From Dehalococcoidia bacterium (GTDB taxonomy: Bacteria > Chloroflexota > Dehalococcoidia > Lucifugimonadales > VXLM01), in NCBI GenBank assembly GCA_034421575.1, contig DAOUKG010000049.1:31928-95927 (forward strand): a stretch of 64,000 nucleotides of DNA. Direction: 5' to 3'. Shown piece by piece: positions 27,841 through 36,781 of this stretch (its first letter is position 1; every line of letters begins with the position of its first letter). Made by a program: the position numbers and the translations under genes. The notes below the pieces were generated by a model that saw only the letters and a program-made list of their open reading frames with translations, ran no database searches and had not been told where the DNA came from.

Positions 27841-28062
27841 ATGGACTTTGAGACGGCGATGAGTTTCGTTCAGATCGCACTCAGCATTGTGCTGGTGACG
27901 GTCATTCTCGTGCAGGTACGAGGCCAAGGCGTTGGCCTGTTCGGCGGCGGGGAGAGTTCCTTCCGCACCCGTCGAGGCATCGAACGCACGCTCTTCCAGT
28001 TCACCATCGTCCTTGTCGTCATCTTCATCGTGACCTCGATCATCAGGGCACGCATCTTCTAG
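27841..28062 (+). CDS. secG: preprotein translocase subunit SecG
   Basis: 73 aa with two TM helices flanking the Gly-rich loop VQVRGQGVGLFGGGESSFRTRRG. Confidence 0.8.
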   Translation: MDFETAMSFVQIALSIVLVTVILVQVRGQGVGLFGGGESSFRTRRGIERTLFQFTIVLVVIFIVTSIIRARIF

Positions 28063-28153
28063 GCGATATTGCCGTTCGCCCAGTCCGCTTGGGTTCTGGG
28101 CGCCAGGCGCTGGATTCCCGCGTTCGCGGGAATGACGGTGTGGGGGTGGCACC

Positions 28154-28993
28154 GTGTCCAACAGGGTACTCACCTTCACGACGGACTTCGGCTCCTCCGA
28201 CGGGTACGTTGCCGCCATGAAGGGCGTCGCGCTCGGAATCGCGCCAGACCTGACCCTGGTTGACGTCACCCACGAGGTTCCCCGTCACGATATCGTGCAC
28301 GGCGCTTTCATTCTTGGAGGCGTGTACCGCTACTTCCCCGCCGATACCGTCCATGTCGCCGTCGTCGATCCCGGAGTCGGCACCAGCAGGAAAGCCGTAG
28401 CGCTCGTGACCCCAGCCGGGGTGTTTTGCGCCCCCGACAACGGCCTGCTCTCCTATGTCCTCAACGACCACCTCACAGAGGACGAGTCCCGTTTCGAGTC
28501 GGCGGAGTTCGGCGAGCCGAGCGCGATGCCCGTGCCCGACGGATGTGCGGTGTACGAAATCTCCAACCCCGCCTATCGTCTCGAACCGGTGAGCGACACG
28601 TTTCACGGCAGGGACATCTTCACGCCTGCCGGCGCCCACCTCGCGTCCGGAGCACCGCCTGAACACCTGGGTGATCGGCTGCATGAGATAACAGTCTTCA
28701 ACCTCTTCACCGTTGAACAGCTTGGCGACGCTCTGACGGGAAGAGTGATCCACGTCGACCGTTTCGGCAACGTGGTCACTAACATTACCGCCGGTCAACT
28801 CCCGGATGGCGACATCGTCGTGGAAGTTGCGGACACGAAGATTCACGGCCTGAGCACGACGTTTGCAGACGCCGACGGGCTTCTCGCGCTCATCGGCAGT
28901 CACGGCTATCTCGAAATTGCGGAGAACCTGGGGAGCGCGGCGAAACGTCTCGGCATTGGGGTTGGTGACACGGTCGTCGTCCATGCCGGCTGA
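28154..28993 (+). CDS. SAM hydrolase / SAM-dependent chlorinase-fluorinase family protein (DUF62)
   Basis: LTFTTDFGSSDGYVAAMKGV, VAVVDPGVG and FHGRDIFTPAGAHLA are family motifs. GTG start. Confidence 0.85.
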   Translation: MSNRVLTFTTDFGSSDGYVAAMKGVALGIAPDLTLVDVTHEVPRHDIVHGAFILGGVYRYFPADTVHVAVVDPGVGTSRKAVALVTPAGVFCAPDNGLLSYVLNDHLTEDESRFESAEFGEPSAMPVPDGCAVYEISNPAYRLEPVSDTFHGRDIFTPAGAHLASGAPPEHLGDRLHEITVFNLFTVEQLGDALTGRVIHVDRFGNVVTNITAGQLPDGDIVVEVADTKIHGLSTTFADADGLLALIGSHGYLEIAENLGSAAKRLGIGVGDTVVVHAG

Positions 28994-29080
28994 GCGTTGA
29001 CCTCGGACAACTCCCTCGTTATCCTTCGCCGAGTGCGAGCCAAGGCAAGGCCTCGCCAATACCAACTATGGAGATTCACG

Positions 29081-30013
29081 ATGCAAGAAATATACCTTTC
29101 CAAGTACGTCGGAAGCTCAGGCGAGCGCGTTGGGAGCATGAACGGCGACCGGCTGTACGACCTGAACCTCTGCGCTGTCACCCAGCTCTCGGAAGACTAC
29201 GGCATCAAGGACGCCTACAGGCTGGCCAACCAACTGGTGCCAACCGACCTGCAGGACTTCCTGCGGGCGGGCGACGCGGCGTTGTCCGCAGCCAGGCGGG
29301 GACTGCAGTGGGTGATAGAGAACGGCGCGAACGAAGGGCCGACCGGCGAGGCGATCCACTTCGACCGCAACCACGTGACCCTGAAGGCGCCCATCGTGCC
29401 CGACACGAAGGTCATCTGCATGGGCGACACCTACGTCAGTCACGCGGAACTGGCGGGTGCAGAGCAGCCGGAGAGTCCCGGCATATTCTTCAAGATGAGC
29501 GGCGTGGTCGTCGGCCCCGACGAGTTCGTGGTCTACCCAAAGAACTATCACCCAAAGCCCCTCGTATACGACACGGAGATGACCGTCGTCATCGGCAGGG
29601 ATGGCATGAGCATCGCCGAAGACGACATCGACGACCACATCTGGGGCTACACCGTCCTCAACGACCTGACGCTCCGTGGCGTCAAGGACATGGGCCCGCG
29701 CTACAAGTGCTTCGAGTCGAGCGCTCCTGTCGGGCCGTGGATAGTCCCGAAAGACCAGATCGAAGACCGCTACAACCTTGATCTCACCTTTCGCATCAAC
29801 GGCAAGGTCGTCCAGTCGGGGAACACCAGCAATCTCGTATTCACCATCCCGCGAATGCTGAGCGAGGTGTCCGAATACCACGCCCTACGCGCCGGAGACA
29901 TCATCTGCACGGGCGGTCCAGGCGCGACCGAAGAGATCCAGGTCGGCGACATCATCGAGGCCGAGGTGGAGGGCATCGGCACACTCAGGAACCCGGTGAA
30001 GCTCGAGGACTGA
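29081..30013 (+). CDS. fumarylacetoacetate hydrolase (FAH) family protein
   Basis: The C-terminal FAH domain motifs are present: CMGDTY..., DTEMTVVIG, GYTVLNDLT.R and GDIICTGGPG. The ATG at 29081 follows GGAG. Confidence 0.85.
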   Translation: MQEIYLSKYVGSSGERVGSMNGDRLYDLNLCAVTQLSEDYGIKDAYRLANQLVPTDLQDFLRAGDAALSAARRGLQWVIENGANEGPTGEAIHFDRNHVTLKAPIVPDTKVICMGDTYVSHAELAGAEQPESPGIFFKMSGVVVGPDEFVVYPKNYHPKPLVYDTEMTVVIGRDGMSIAEDDIDDHIWGYTVLNDLTLRGVKDMGPRYKCFESSAPVGPWIVPKDQIEDRYNLDLTFRINGKVVQSGNTSNLVFTIPRMLSEVSEYHALRAGDIICTGGPGATEEIQVGDIIEAEVEGIGTLRNPVKLED

Positions 30014-30014
30014 T

Positions 30015-30539
30015 TTAACCGACGTAGGCGTTACCGAACCGCTCGGAGTGGGCCACTTCGGACAGGTCCTTCCGCCGTCTACGAATACCCTTGATGTGGT
30101 CGTGCCGGTACCCGAACGGCATGATGGTTATCAACTCGACGTGATCGGGCATCCCGATGAGGTCCTTCGCGGCCCGGTTCTGGTCAGGCTCGTGGAACGC
30201 AACGAAGCACGTCCCCATGCCCTCCGACCATGCCAGGACCTCCATCTGCTGGAGCGCGCGCCCGCTGTCGAGATCGGGCCTGTCGGCAGTGCGCCTGTCC
30301 ATGCCGATCGCGATGGCCACCGGCGCGTCGGCGAGGAACGGCCCGTAGGTCGTGATGCCGCCGATCTTTCGCAGCGTCTCTCGATTCTTGATAACGATGA
30401 AGTGCCACGGCTGCCGGTTCCGTGAGCTTGGCGACCACAAACCTACCTGCAGCAGCTTGGTAACGATCTCGTCCGGCACCGGATCGGGCTTGAACTGCCG
30501 CACCGTCAACCGCGTTCGAAGGGCGTCCCAGACTTCCAT
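30015..30539 (-). CDS. nitroreductase family protein
   Basis: RLTVRQFKPDPVPDEIVTKLLQVGLWSPSSRNRQPWHFIVI is the classic nitroreductase N-terminus. Starts at ATG 30539. Confidence 0.85.
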   Translation of the reverse strand: MEVWDALRTRLTVRQFKPDPVPDEIVTKLLQVGLWSPSSRNRQPWHFIVIKNRETLRKIGGITTYGPFLADAPVAIAIGMDRRTADRPDLDSGRALQQMEVLAWSEGMGTCFVAFHEPDQNRAAKDLIGMPDHVELITIMPFGYRHDHIKGIRRRRKDLSEVAHSERFGNAYVG

Positions 30540-30953
30540 ATCTGCCTCCCATGCAATGTGGGGTGAGAATCGCACTTACTGTATCATGCAGACCAATACA
30601 CCATTCTCCGCGACGGTCGTTAACGAGATTAAAGGCCGATTGAGTCTCCAGGTTGTGTCGACATTTCCCGTCATTCCCGCGAAAGCGGGAATCCAGAGTG
30701 GGGTACACATATGCTCTCTATGAAGAATAGATTCCCGCTTTCGCGGGAATGACGGTGGGCTGTGTGCGTTGAGCACTCTCACGAAGTCTGAACAGTTACA
30801 GTAGAGCGAGAACTTTGAAATGAGGGGTAGGTATAGGGGGTGAGATTTGTGTTCTACGATCACTGGGCGGGTTTGAAACCCGCCCCTACCGGGTCATAGC
30901 CTCGATACACTTCAATTCCAGGATTTTGAATCACTAGCAATGAGGCAAAGCAC

Positions 30954-32186
30954 ATGAACGCATTTGATGAAGTGAACCAGTTCTTCGACCGTGCCGCCGA
31001 GCACCTGGGACTCGACGACGGTACCCGCGACCTCCTGAAGAAGCCGTGGCGGGAACTGACCGTGTCGGTGCCGGTCCGCATGGATGACGGCTCGATCCGG
31101 GTCTTCAACGGATATCGCATCCAGCACAACGCGGCCCGTGGCCCATACAAGGGCGGAACGCGCTTTCATCCCGCCGCCGACGTGAACGAGGTGCGGGCGC
31201 TTGCCTCCCTCATGACGTGGAAGACGGCAGTCGTCGACATCCCGTTCGGCGGCGCGAAGGGCGGGATCCAATGCGACCCGCGCACATTGAGCGAGTCCGA
31301 GCTCAACCGCATGACGAGGCGGTACACCACGAACATCCGCCACCTGCTGGGAGTGAACCGCGACATCCCCGCTCCCGACATGGGAACCGACTCGCAGACG
31401 ATGGCATGGATGATGGACGCCTACGGCGCAATGGCCGGCTACACGCCGGGCGTCGTGACCGGCAAGCCTATCGAGCTCGGCGGTTCAGTGGGCCGGGACG
31501 CCGCTCCCGGACGCGGGGCAGTCTACGTGATGGGAGAGGCCGCGAGGGACATGGGGCTCACCGTCGACGGCGCTCGCGTCGTCGTTCAGGGCTTCGGGCA
31601 GGTCGGCAGCTGGGCCGCCCGCATCGCCCACGAGATGGGCTGCAAGGTCATCGCTGTGAGCGGCATCGAGGGCGGGATCTACAATCCGCGCGGACTCGAC
31701 ATCCCCAAGGTCGTCGAGCATCTGAAGGAAGGCTCCGGCGTCGTCGGATTCCCCGGCGCGGACGATGTCAACAACGACGATCTCCTGGAGCTCGACTGCG
31801 ACGTGCTCGTGCCCGCCGCCATTGAGAGCGTCATTCACCAGGGCAACGCCGACCGTATCAAGGCGGCCGTCGTAGTGGAGGCGGCGAACCACCCCGTCAC
31901 ACCGGAGGGCGACGCCATCCTGAACGACCGGGGAATTCACGTCCTGCCCGACATCCTCGTCAACGCCGGTGGCGTCGTCGGCTCCTACTTCGAATGGACG
32001 CAGAACCTCTACCAGCACAAGTGGGACGAGGAAGAGGTCAGCGCCGAGCTTCACAAGATCATGTCGAGCGCCTACCGCGACGTCTGGGAAATCGTCCAGC
32101 GCGAGCGCGTCACCTTCCGGGAGGCGGCATTCCTGCTAGGCGTGGGCCGCGTCCACCACGCCGCGAAGTTGCGGGGGTTTGTGTAG
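30954..32186 (+). CDS. gdhA: Glu/Leu/Phe/Val dehydrogenase (glutamate dehydrogenase)
   Basis: GPYKGGTRFHP, DIPAPDMGT and the Rossmann motif VVQGFGQVGSWAA. 410 aa. Confidence 0.9.
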   Translation: MNAFDEVNQFFDRAAEHLGLDDGTRDLLKKPWRELTVSVPVRMDDGSIRVFNGYRIQHNAARGPYKGGTRFHPAADVNEVRALASLMTWKTAVVDIPFGGAKGGIQCDPRTLSESELNRMTRRYTTNIRHLLGVNRDIPAPDMGTDSQTMAWMMDAYGAMAGYTPGVVTGKPIELGGSVGRDAAPGRGAVYVMGEAARDMGLTVDGARVVVQGFGQVGSWAARIAHEMGCKVIAVSGIEGGIYNPRGLDIPKVVEHLKEGSGVVGFPGADDVNNDDLLELDCDVLVPAAIESVIHQGNADRIKAAVVVEAANHPVTPEGDAILNDRGIHVLPDILVNAGGVVGSYFEWTQNLYQHKWDEEEVSAELHKIMSSAYRDVWEIVQRERVTFREAAFLLGVGRVHHAAKLRGFV

Positions 32187-32337
32187 GAGGGGGTGGCTAG
32201 GTCGTCAGGTACGCTGAGGTTCTCTTGACGGCTTTGGTACTGGCGGTGACGGCGGCTGAGGCGGGGGCGGTATAGGGATGGGAGGCCTGGGCGGGTAGCC
32301 GGCGTTCTCCCGAACGTCTTCAGCGCTCTTATCTTTG

Positions 32338-32835
32338 TCAGGAGGCGAATTCCGCTTGTACGGACTCATACGCCTCCTGGGTGCACTGTTCGTTCAAAGC
32401 ATTGTCGGTAAGACCATGCTCGAGGGCCGGCTTGGTAATTTCATTCAGTTTGCGCTGCAGGGCTTCGACTTGCTGGGGAATGTCTTGGCGATCCGCGTTC
32501 AGATTGGACCACAGATGCTTCCAGTCGATGATGAGATCGTCACACTGGCTGCGGATGACCGATGCGACGGCAGCCTTCTTCGAATAGTTGGCGTAGGATG
32601 ACCAGATAGCCGACGCGGCCACTGCGAGTGACAGAAGCGTCGGGATCAGACCCGGCAAGCTGGCAATGAGCGTTGCTGCGGCTCCCGTCGAGCAGAGCGC
32701 GATGAACACCGTCAAACCGAAATGCCACCGTTGCAGGCGCACTGCAAGGCGACCATAGTAGCGGCTCAACCTCTCGGCATCCAGCAACCCGATCCAAACC
32801 TGCCGAGTGTAGTACTGACTATCCACCTGCATCAT
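32338..32835 (-). CDS. hypothetical 2-TM protein (helix-TM-TM-helix layout; SLATT-like effector candidate)
   Basis: Start is ATG 32835 or 32832, with GGAGG 3 or 6 nt upstream and TGGTACAAT (an extended -10) about 30 nt upstream. Two adjacent hydrophobic helices (FGLTVFIALCSTGAAATLIA / IPTLLSLAVAASAIWSSY) are flanked by amphipathic helices. Confidence 0.6.
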   Translation of the reverse strand: MMQVDSQYYTRQVWIGLLDAERLSRYYGRLAVRLQRWHFGLTVFIALCSTGAAATLIASLPGLIPTLLSLAVAASAIWSSYANYSKKAAVASVIRSQCDDLIIDWKHLWSNLNADRQDIPQQVEALQRKLNEITKPALEHGLTDNALNEQCTQEAYESVQAEFAS

Positions 32836-32886
32836 CAGCCTCCGCCACTCCAGGTTGGGAACTATTGTACCAGTTTCAAGTTCGTC

Positions 32887-32956
32887 CCGCGAGGCGGCAT
32901 TCCTGCTAGGCGTGGGCCGCGTCCACCACGCTGCGAAGCTGCGGGGGGTTGTGTGA
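32887..32956 (+). pseudogene. orphan duplicate of the last 70 bp or so of gdh (encodes ...REAAFLLGVGRVHHAAKLRGVV-stop)
   Basis: 32887..32956 aligns with 32117..32186 with about 5 mismatches, in the same orientation, 770 bp apart. Confidence 0.85.
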
Positions 32957-33005
32957 TTGGTGACGTTTCGCCGACTCTGGCCAGTCTGCAATTAGACTTC
33001 GAGCG

Positions 33006-33635
33006 TCACCAACCGGAGGGTTTGGTGATCACGCCAACTTCATCTGTGAGTGTGCCAGGAAGCTGGCTCCGCCGCAGGTGGCTCTTCCATAGACGCTTGA
33101 CGTAGGTTGCAGCCTCGGCCAACTCCCTAGGACTGGCATTCCTAGCGTCGGGATTGACCAGCGTGACACGAAGTCCCAAATCGTCCCTGACGTACCGCAT
33201 GGCGGAGGCGAAGTCTGCATCGTTTGAAACGACGACCGCCTGTTCGTACTCTCCGTTGAACCCATCCACCAGCAGGCGAGTGGCAAGATTCACGTCCGAA
33301 CCCTTCTCCTCGGAGTCTCTGACAAGAACGTGAGTCGGCAGTCCAAGTATCGGCTCCGCCAGCGGACGGCGCTTGACCCCGGATCGGAATGTTCCGTAGT
33401 AGACGGATAGGATAGGCAGCGTCGCCAGAGCTCGTAGATATATGAGTTGACGCTGGGCTTGCCCAGGATTGTTAGGACGCGCATCGAGCCGAGCGGTGAA
33501 GTAGCAGACCCTATTGATTGTGTCCTGAGGGAAGAGGGTCTCGGCGAGCTTCCGCTGATCCAACCACCTGAATGGAGTGTCTTTGAGGGCACGATAGTAG
33601 AGATTGAAGCCATCTACGTAGATGTTGGTTTTCAG
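33006..33635 (-). CDS. NYN domain (LabA/PIN-like) ribonuclease family protein, probable CTG start
   Basis: The frame is open upstream of the track's TTG (33563) and encodes the canonical NYN N-terminus KTNIYVDGFNLYYRAL. The only plausible initiator is CTG at 33635, 6 nt after AAGGAGAG. The acidic core EEKGSDVNLA...VVVSNDADF is present. Confidence 0.8.
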   Translation of the reverse strand: MKTNIYVDGFNLYYRALKDTPFRWLDQRKLAETLFPQDTINRVCYFTARLDARPNNPGQAQRQLIYLRALATLPILSVYYGTFRSGVKRRPLAEPILGLPTHVLVRDSEEKGSDVNLATRLLVDGFNGEYEQAVVVSNDADFASAMRYVRDDLGLRVTLVNPDARNASPRELAEAATYVKRLWKSHLRRSQLPGTLTDEVGVITKPSGW

Positions 33636-33644
33636 TCGCCTCTC

Positions 33645-33682
33645 TCCTTACAAAGACAGAGACCGCCTCGAAGGGCGGTCTC
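33645..33682 (-). terminator. rho-independent terminator copy located immediately upstream of the NYN RBS
   Basis: GAGACCGCC-CTTCGA-GGCGGTCTC (33659..33682) is followed on the minus strand by TGTCTTTGT and then AAGGAGAG. Confidence 0.5.
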
Positions 33683-33761
33683 GACCCTACCGGCGAAGCG
33701 ATAGGGGTGGTAACGAAATACTACCACAGCGGACAGAGTTGTTCAAAGTGTGCTAGGCGGC

Positions 33762-33867
33762 GTAAGTGTTCAGAGTTGGTGATGTGCAATCTCCGCGCCT
33801 TTCTGGATACCCGCTTTCGCCGGAATGACGGTGGCTGTGTGCGCTCTCAGGAAGTCTGAACAGTTAC
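33762..33867. mobile_element. MITE-like element with GTAAGTGTTCAGA ... TCTGAACAGTTAC terminal inverted repeats
   Basis: The TIRs were read directly. Same family as 42398..42542 and 11298..11583. It sits between two copies of a 117-bp duplication. Confidence 0.65.
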
Positions 33868-33886
33868 TGGTAATCAATCGCTACTC

Positions 33887-33924
33887 TCTTTACAAAGACA
33901 GAGACCGCCTCTAAGGGCGGTCTC
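33887..33924 (-). terminator. rho-independent terminator of valS
   Basis: GAGACCGCC-CTTAGA-GGCGGTCTC is followed by TGTCTTTGT on the minus strand, about 70 nt after the valS stop. Confidence 0.6.
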
Positions 33925-33994
33925 GACCCTACCGTCGAATCGATAGGGGTGGTAAAGAAATATTACCACAGCGGACAGAGTTGTTCAAAGTGTG

Positions 33995-36559
33995 CTAGGC
34001 AGCCCCATCCTCCGTCACGGACACCGAGAAGGCGCCGTCCGCCACTGTGGCGAATTCGCCTACGCGGCCAGCGTCCTTCACGTCCAGCAGCGACCGCTCA
34101 AGGATGGCTATGCGTTCAGCCGTGTCGCGCACGACGACCTTGCCTACGGGCGCGCCCAGTGACAGGTTCGAGTCGCTCTTGAACCGCCTGATCTCGCCGA
34201 GCACCTCGCTGGCGACCTCGTAGACCGCCTCCTCGGCGATGCCTCCGGCCCTTGCCCGGATGGCGTCTCCGCTCGGCCACTCAGCCCGGTGAACGCTGCC
34301 TTCCTTCCACCACGACCAGACCTCTTCCGTGACGAAGGGAACGTGTGGCGCGAAGAGCTTGAGGAGCGTCTCGATTGCCAGGCACAATGCCGCCCGCCCG
34401 GAGTCTCTAGCCGAATCTCCGCGACTGCCGTATGTGCGGCCCTTGACGAGCTCGATGTAGTTGTCCGTGAAGAACCAGAAGAACGTCTCGGTAATCTCCA
34501 GCGCCCGTGCGTAGTCGAACTTGTCGAAGGCCTCGGTGACGTCGTCCACCAGTTCCGCGAGACGCGCCAGCATCGCGGCATCGAGCGGCTCGGTGATCGC
34601 CGCGTCTTCGTCCGCGCCCTCGGCGTTCGACAGCGCAAACTTGCTGGCATTCAGGAGCTTGATGGCAAGCCTCCGTCCGACCTTCATCTGGTTCTCGTCG
34701 AAGGCTGTGTCTCGTCCCAGCCGTCCGCTGCATGCCCAATACCGAACGGCATCGGCACCGTACCGCTCGATCAGGTGCATGGGAGTGACCACGTTCCCCT
34801 TGGACTTCGACATCTTCTTGCGGTCGGGGTCGAGCACCCAGCCGGATATGGCAGTGTTCTTCCACGGCAGGCTGTCGTGCTGCAGGTGCGCCCGCACGAC
34901 CGTGTAGAAGAGCCACGTCCGGATGATCTCGTGCGCCTGCGGCCGCAGGTCCATCGGGAACACCTGCGGCATGAAGTCGTCCTTCTCGCCGAATCTTCCC
35001 ACCACCTGCGGCGAGAGCGACGAAGTTCCCCACGTGTCCATCACGTCGGGGTCGCCCGCAAAGCCTCCGGGCATGTCGCGCCGGTCTTCGGTGTAGCCGT
35101 CCGGGACGTCCCGGTACGGGTCGATGGGCAGCTGATCGTCCGTGGGAGCGATGGGGTTGTCGTAGTCAAGCGAGCCGTCGGCGTTCACCGGGTACCACAG
35201 CGGAATCGGCACGCCGAAGAACCGCTGCCGGCTGAGCAGCCAGTCGGAGTTCAGGCCGTTCACCCAGTTTTCGTACCGCACCCGCATCGTGCTCGGATGC
35301 CATTCCAGTTCACGACCGCGCTCCAGGAGCTGCTCTCGCAGGTCCATGTCGAGCCCGCCGTTCTTGAGGTACCACTGCCTGCTCGTGACGATCTCCAACG
35401 GGCGGTCGCCCTTCTCGTAGAAGCGGACAGCGTGAGTGATCGGCTTCGGCTCGGCCTGAAGCTCACCGGTCTCCTCCAGGAGTTCGGCCATTCGCCTCTT
35501 GGCCTGGTACACGCGCAGTCCCGCCAACTCGTCGTAGTGCTTCTGCGCCTGCGCCGGGTCGCACGACTCCCATCCCTCCGTGCCCCACTCGACGGACGCG
35601 AACCGTCCGTCGCGGTTGACGATGCTCCGAGTCGCAAGCTGCATCTCTCTCCACCACACCACGTCCGCCGTGTCGCCGAATGTACACACCATCGCCGCGC
35701 CGGAACCCTTCTCAGGGTCTGCCGCCTCGTGCGCCACGACAGGCACCTCCGCGCCAAACAGGGGAGTGGTCAGCTTCTTGCCGAAGAGTCCCTTGTAACG
35801 CTCGTCGTCGGGATGGGCCACCACGGCCACGCAGGCGGGCAGCAGTTCCGGTCGCGTCGTCTCGATGGGAACGAAGCCACCCTCGTACCGGAAATGGAGC
35901 CTGTGATAGGCAGCATCCTCGTCGCGGTCCTCGATCTCCGCCTGGGCCACAGCCGTCTGGAATGTCCAGTCCCACAGGGTGGGCGCCTCTCGCTGGTAGG
36001 CCTCACCACGCGCGAGATTGTTGAGGAAGAACCGCTGTGAGATCCTCTGCACCGTCTCGTCGATCGTCGCGTAGGTGAGCGACCAGTCGACCGACAGTCC
36101 CAGGTTCCGCCAGAGGTCCTCGAACGCCTTCTCGTCTTCCTGCGTCAGGCGGTGGCACAGCTCAATGAAATTCCCGCGCGAAATCGCAATGGCCGACTTG
36201 GGCGGCTTTTCAGGCGGCTCGAAATCGGGGTCGTAAGGCGTCGTCGGGTCGCACCGCACACCGTAATAGTTCTGCACCCTGCGCTCGGTCGGCAGGCCGT
36301 TGTCGTCCCACCCCATCGGGTAGAAGACCTCCATGCCCCGCATCCGCTGGTACCGCGCGATCGTGTCGGTGTGCGTGTACGAAAAGACGTGCCCGACGTG
36401 CAGCGAACCGCTCACCGTCGGGGGCGGCGTGTCTATGCTGAAAATCTCATCTCTGCCCTTGGAGTTGTCGAAGTCGTATACGCCGTTGGAGTCCCACTCA
36501 TCCAGCCACTTCGACTCCACACCGTTCAACGACGGCTTCCTGGGTATGTTGAACGCCAT
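33995..36559 (-). CDS. valS: valine--tRNA ligase
   Basis: Class I signature motifs SGSLHVGHVFSY (HIGH) and KKMSKSKGNVV (KMSKS). PMGWDDNGLPTERRVQNYYGVRCDP is typical of the actinobacterial/archaeal-type ValRS. ATG at 36559 (MAFNIPRKPSLNG). Confidence 0.9.
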   Translation of the reverse strand: MAFNIPRKPSLNGVESKWLDEWDSNGVYDFDNSKGRDEIFSIDTPPPTVSGSLHVGHVFSYTHTDTIARYQRMRGMEVFYPMGWDDNGLPTERRVQNYYGVRCDPTTPYDPDFEPPEKPPKSAIAISRGNFIELCHRLTQEDEKAFEDLWRNLGLSVDWSLTYATIDETVQRISQRFFLNNLARGEAYQREAPTLWDWTFQTAVAQAEIEDRDEDAAYHRLHFRYEGGFVPIETTRPELLPACVAVVAHPDDERYKGLFGKKLTTPLFGAEVPVVAHEAADPEKGSGAAMVCTFGDTADVVWWREMQLATRSIVNRDGRFASVEWGTEGWESCDPAQAQKHYDELAGLRVYQAKRRMAELLEETGELQAEPKPITHAVRFYEKGDRPLEIVTSRQWYLKNGGLDMDLREQLLERGRELEWHPSTMRVRYENWVNGLNSDWLLSRQRFFGVPIPLWYPVNADGSLDYDNPIAPTDDQLPIDPYRDVPDGYTEDRRDMPGGFAGDPDVMDTWGTSSLSPQVVGRFGEKDDFMPQVFPMDLRPQAHEIIRTWLFYTVVRAHLQHDSLPWKNTAISGWVLDPDRKKMSKSKGNVVTPMHLIERYGADAVRYWACSGRLGRDTAFDENQMKVGRRLAIKLLNASKFALSNAEGADEDAAITEPLDAAMLARLAELVDDVTEAFDKFDYARALEITETFFWFFTDNYIELVKGRTYGSRGDSARDSGRAALCLAIETLLKLFAPHVPFVTEEVWSWWKEGSVHRAEWPSGDAIRARAGGIAEEAVYEVASEVLGEIRRFKSDSNLSLGAPVGKVVVRDTAERIAILERSLLDVKDAGRVGEFATVADGAFSVSVTEDGAA

Positions 36560-36781
36560 GTGATTCCACCCCAAATGGGAGCATCCGCTCCCTTCGTCAA
36601 TTGCAGCTAACTGTACCATCCAATGGGTGACTATCCAACCATATAGCAGCCGTTTGCTGTGGAGAATTCGTCGTCGAATCTCATAAAGTGCCACTATATG
36701 TTGTGTACGGGGTATGGTCAGGCCTTACACTTTGGGGTACTATATCGTCCGACGCTTCTGCAGAGGAGTCCCCCGAAGGTG

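Noticed and set aside
33563-33565. TTG start assigned to the NYN ORF by the track
   Set aside because: It would remove the conserved first beta-strand and Asp of the NYN domain, which is encoded in frame just upstream. There is no RBS before the TTG, whereas AAGGAGAG precedes the CTG at 33635.
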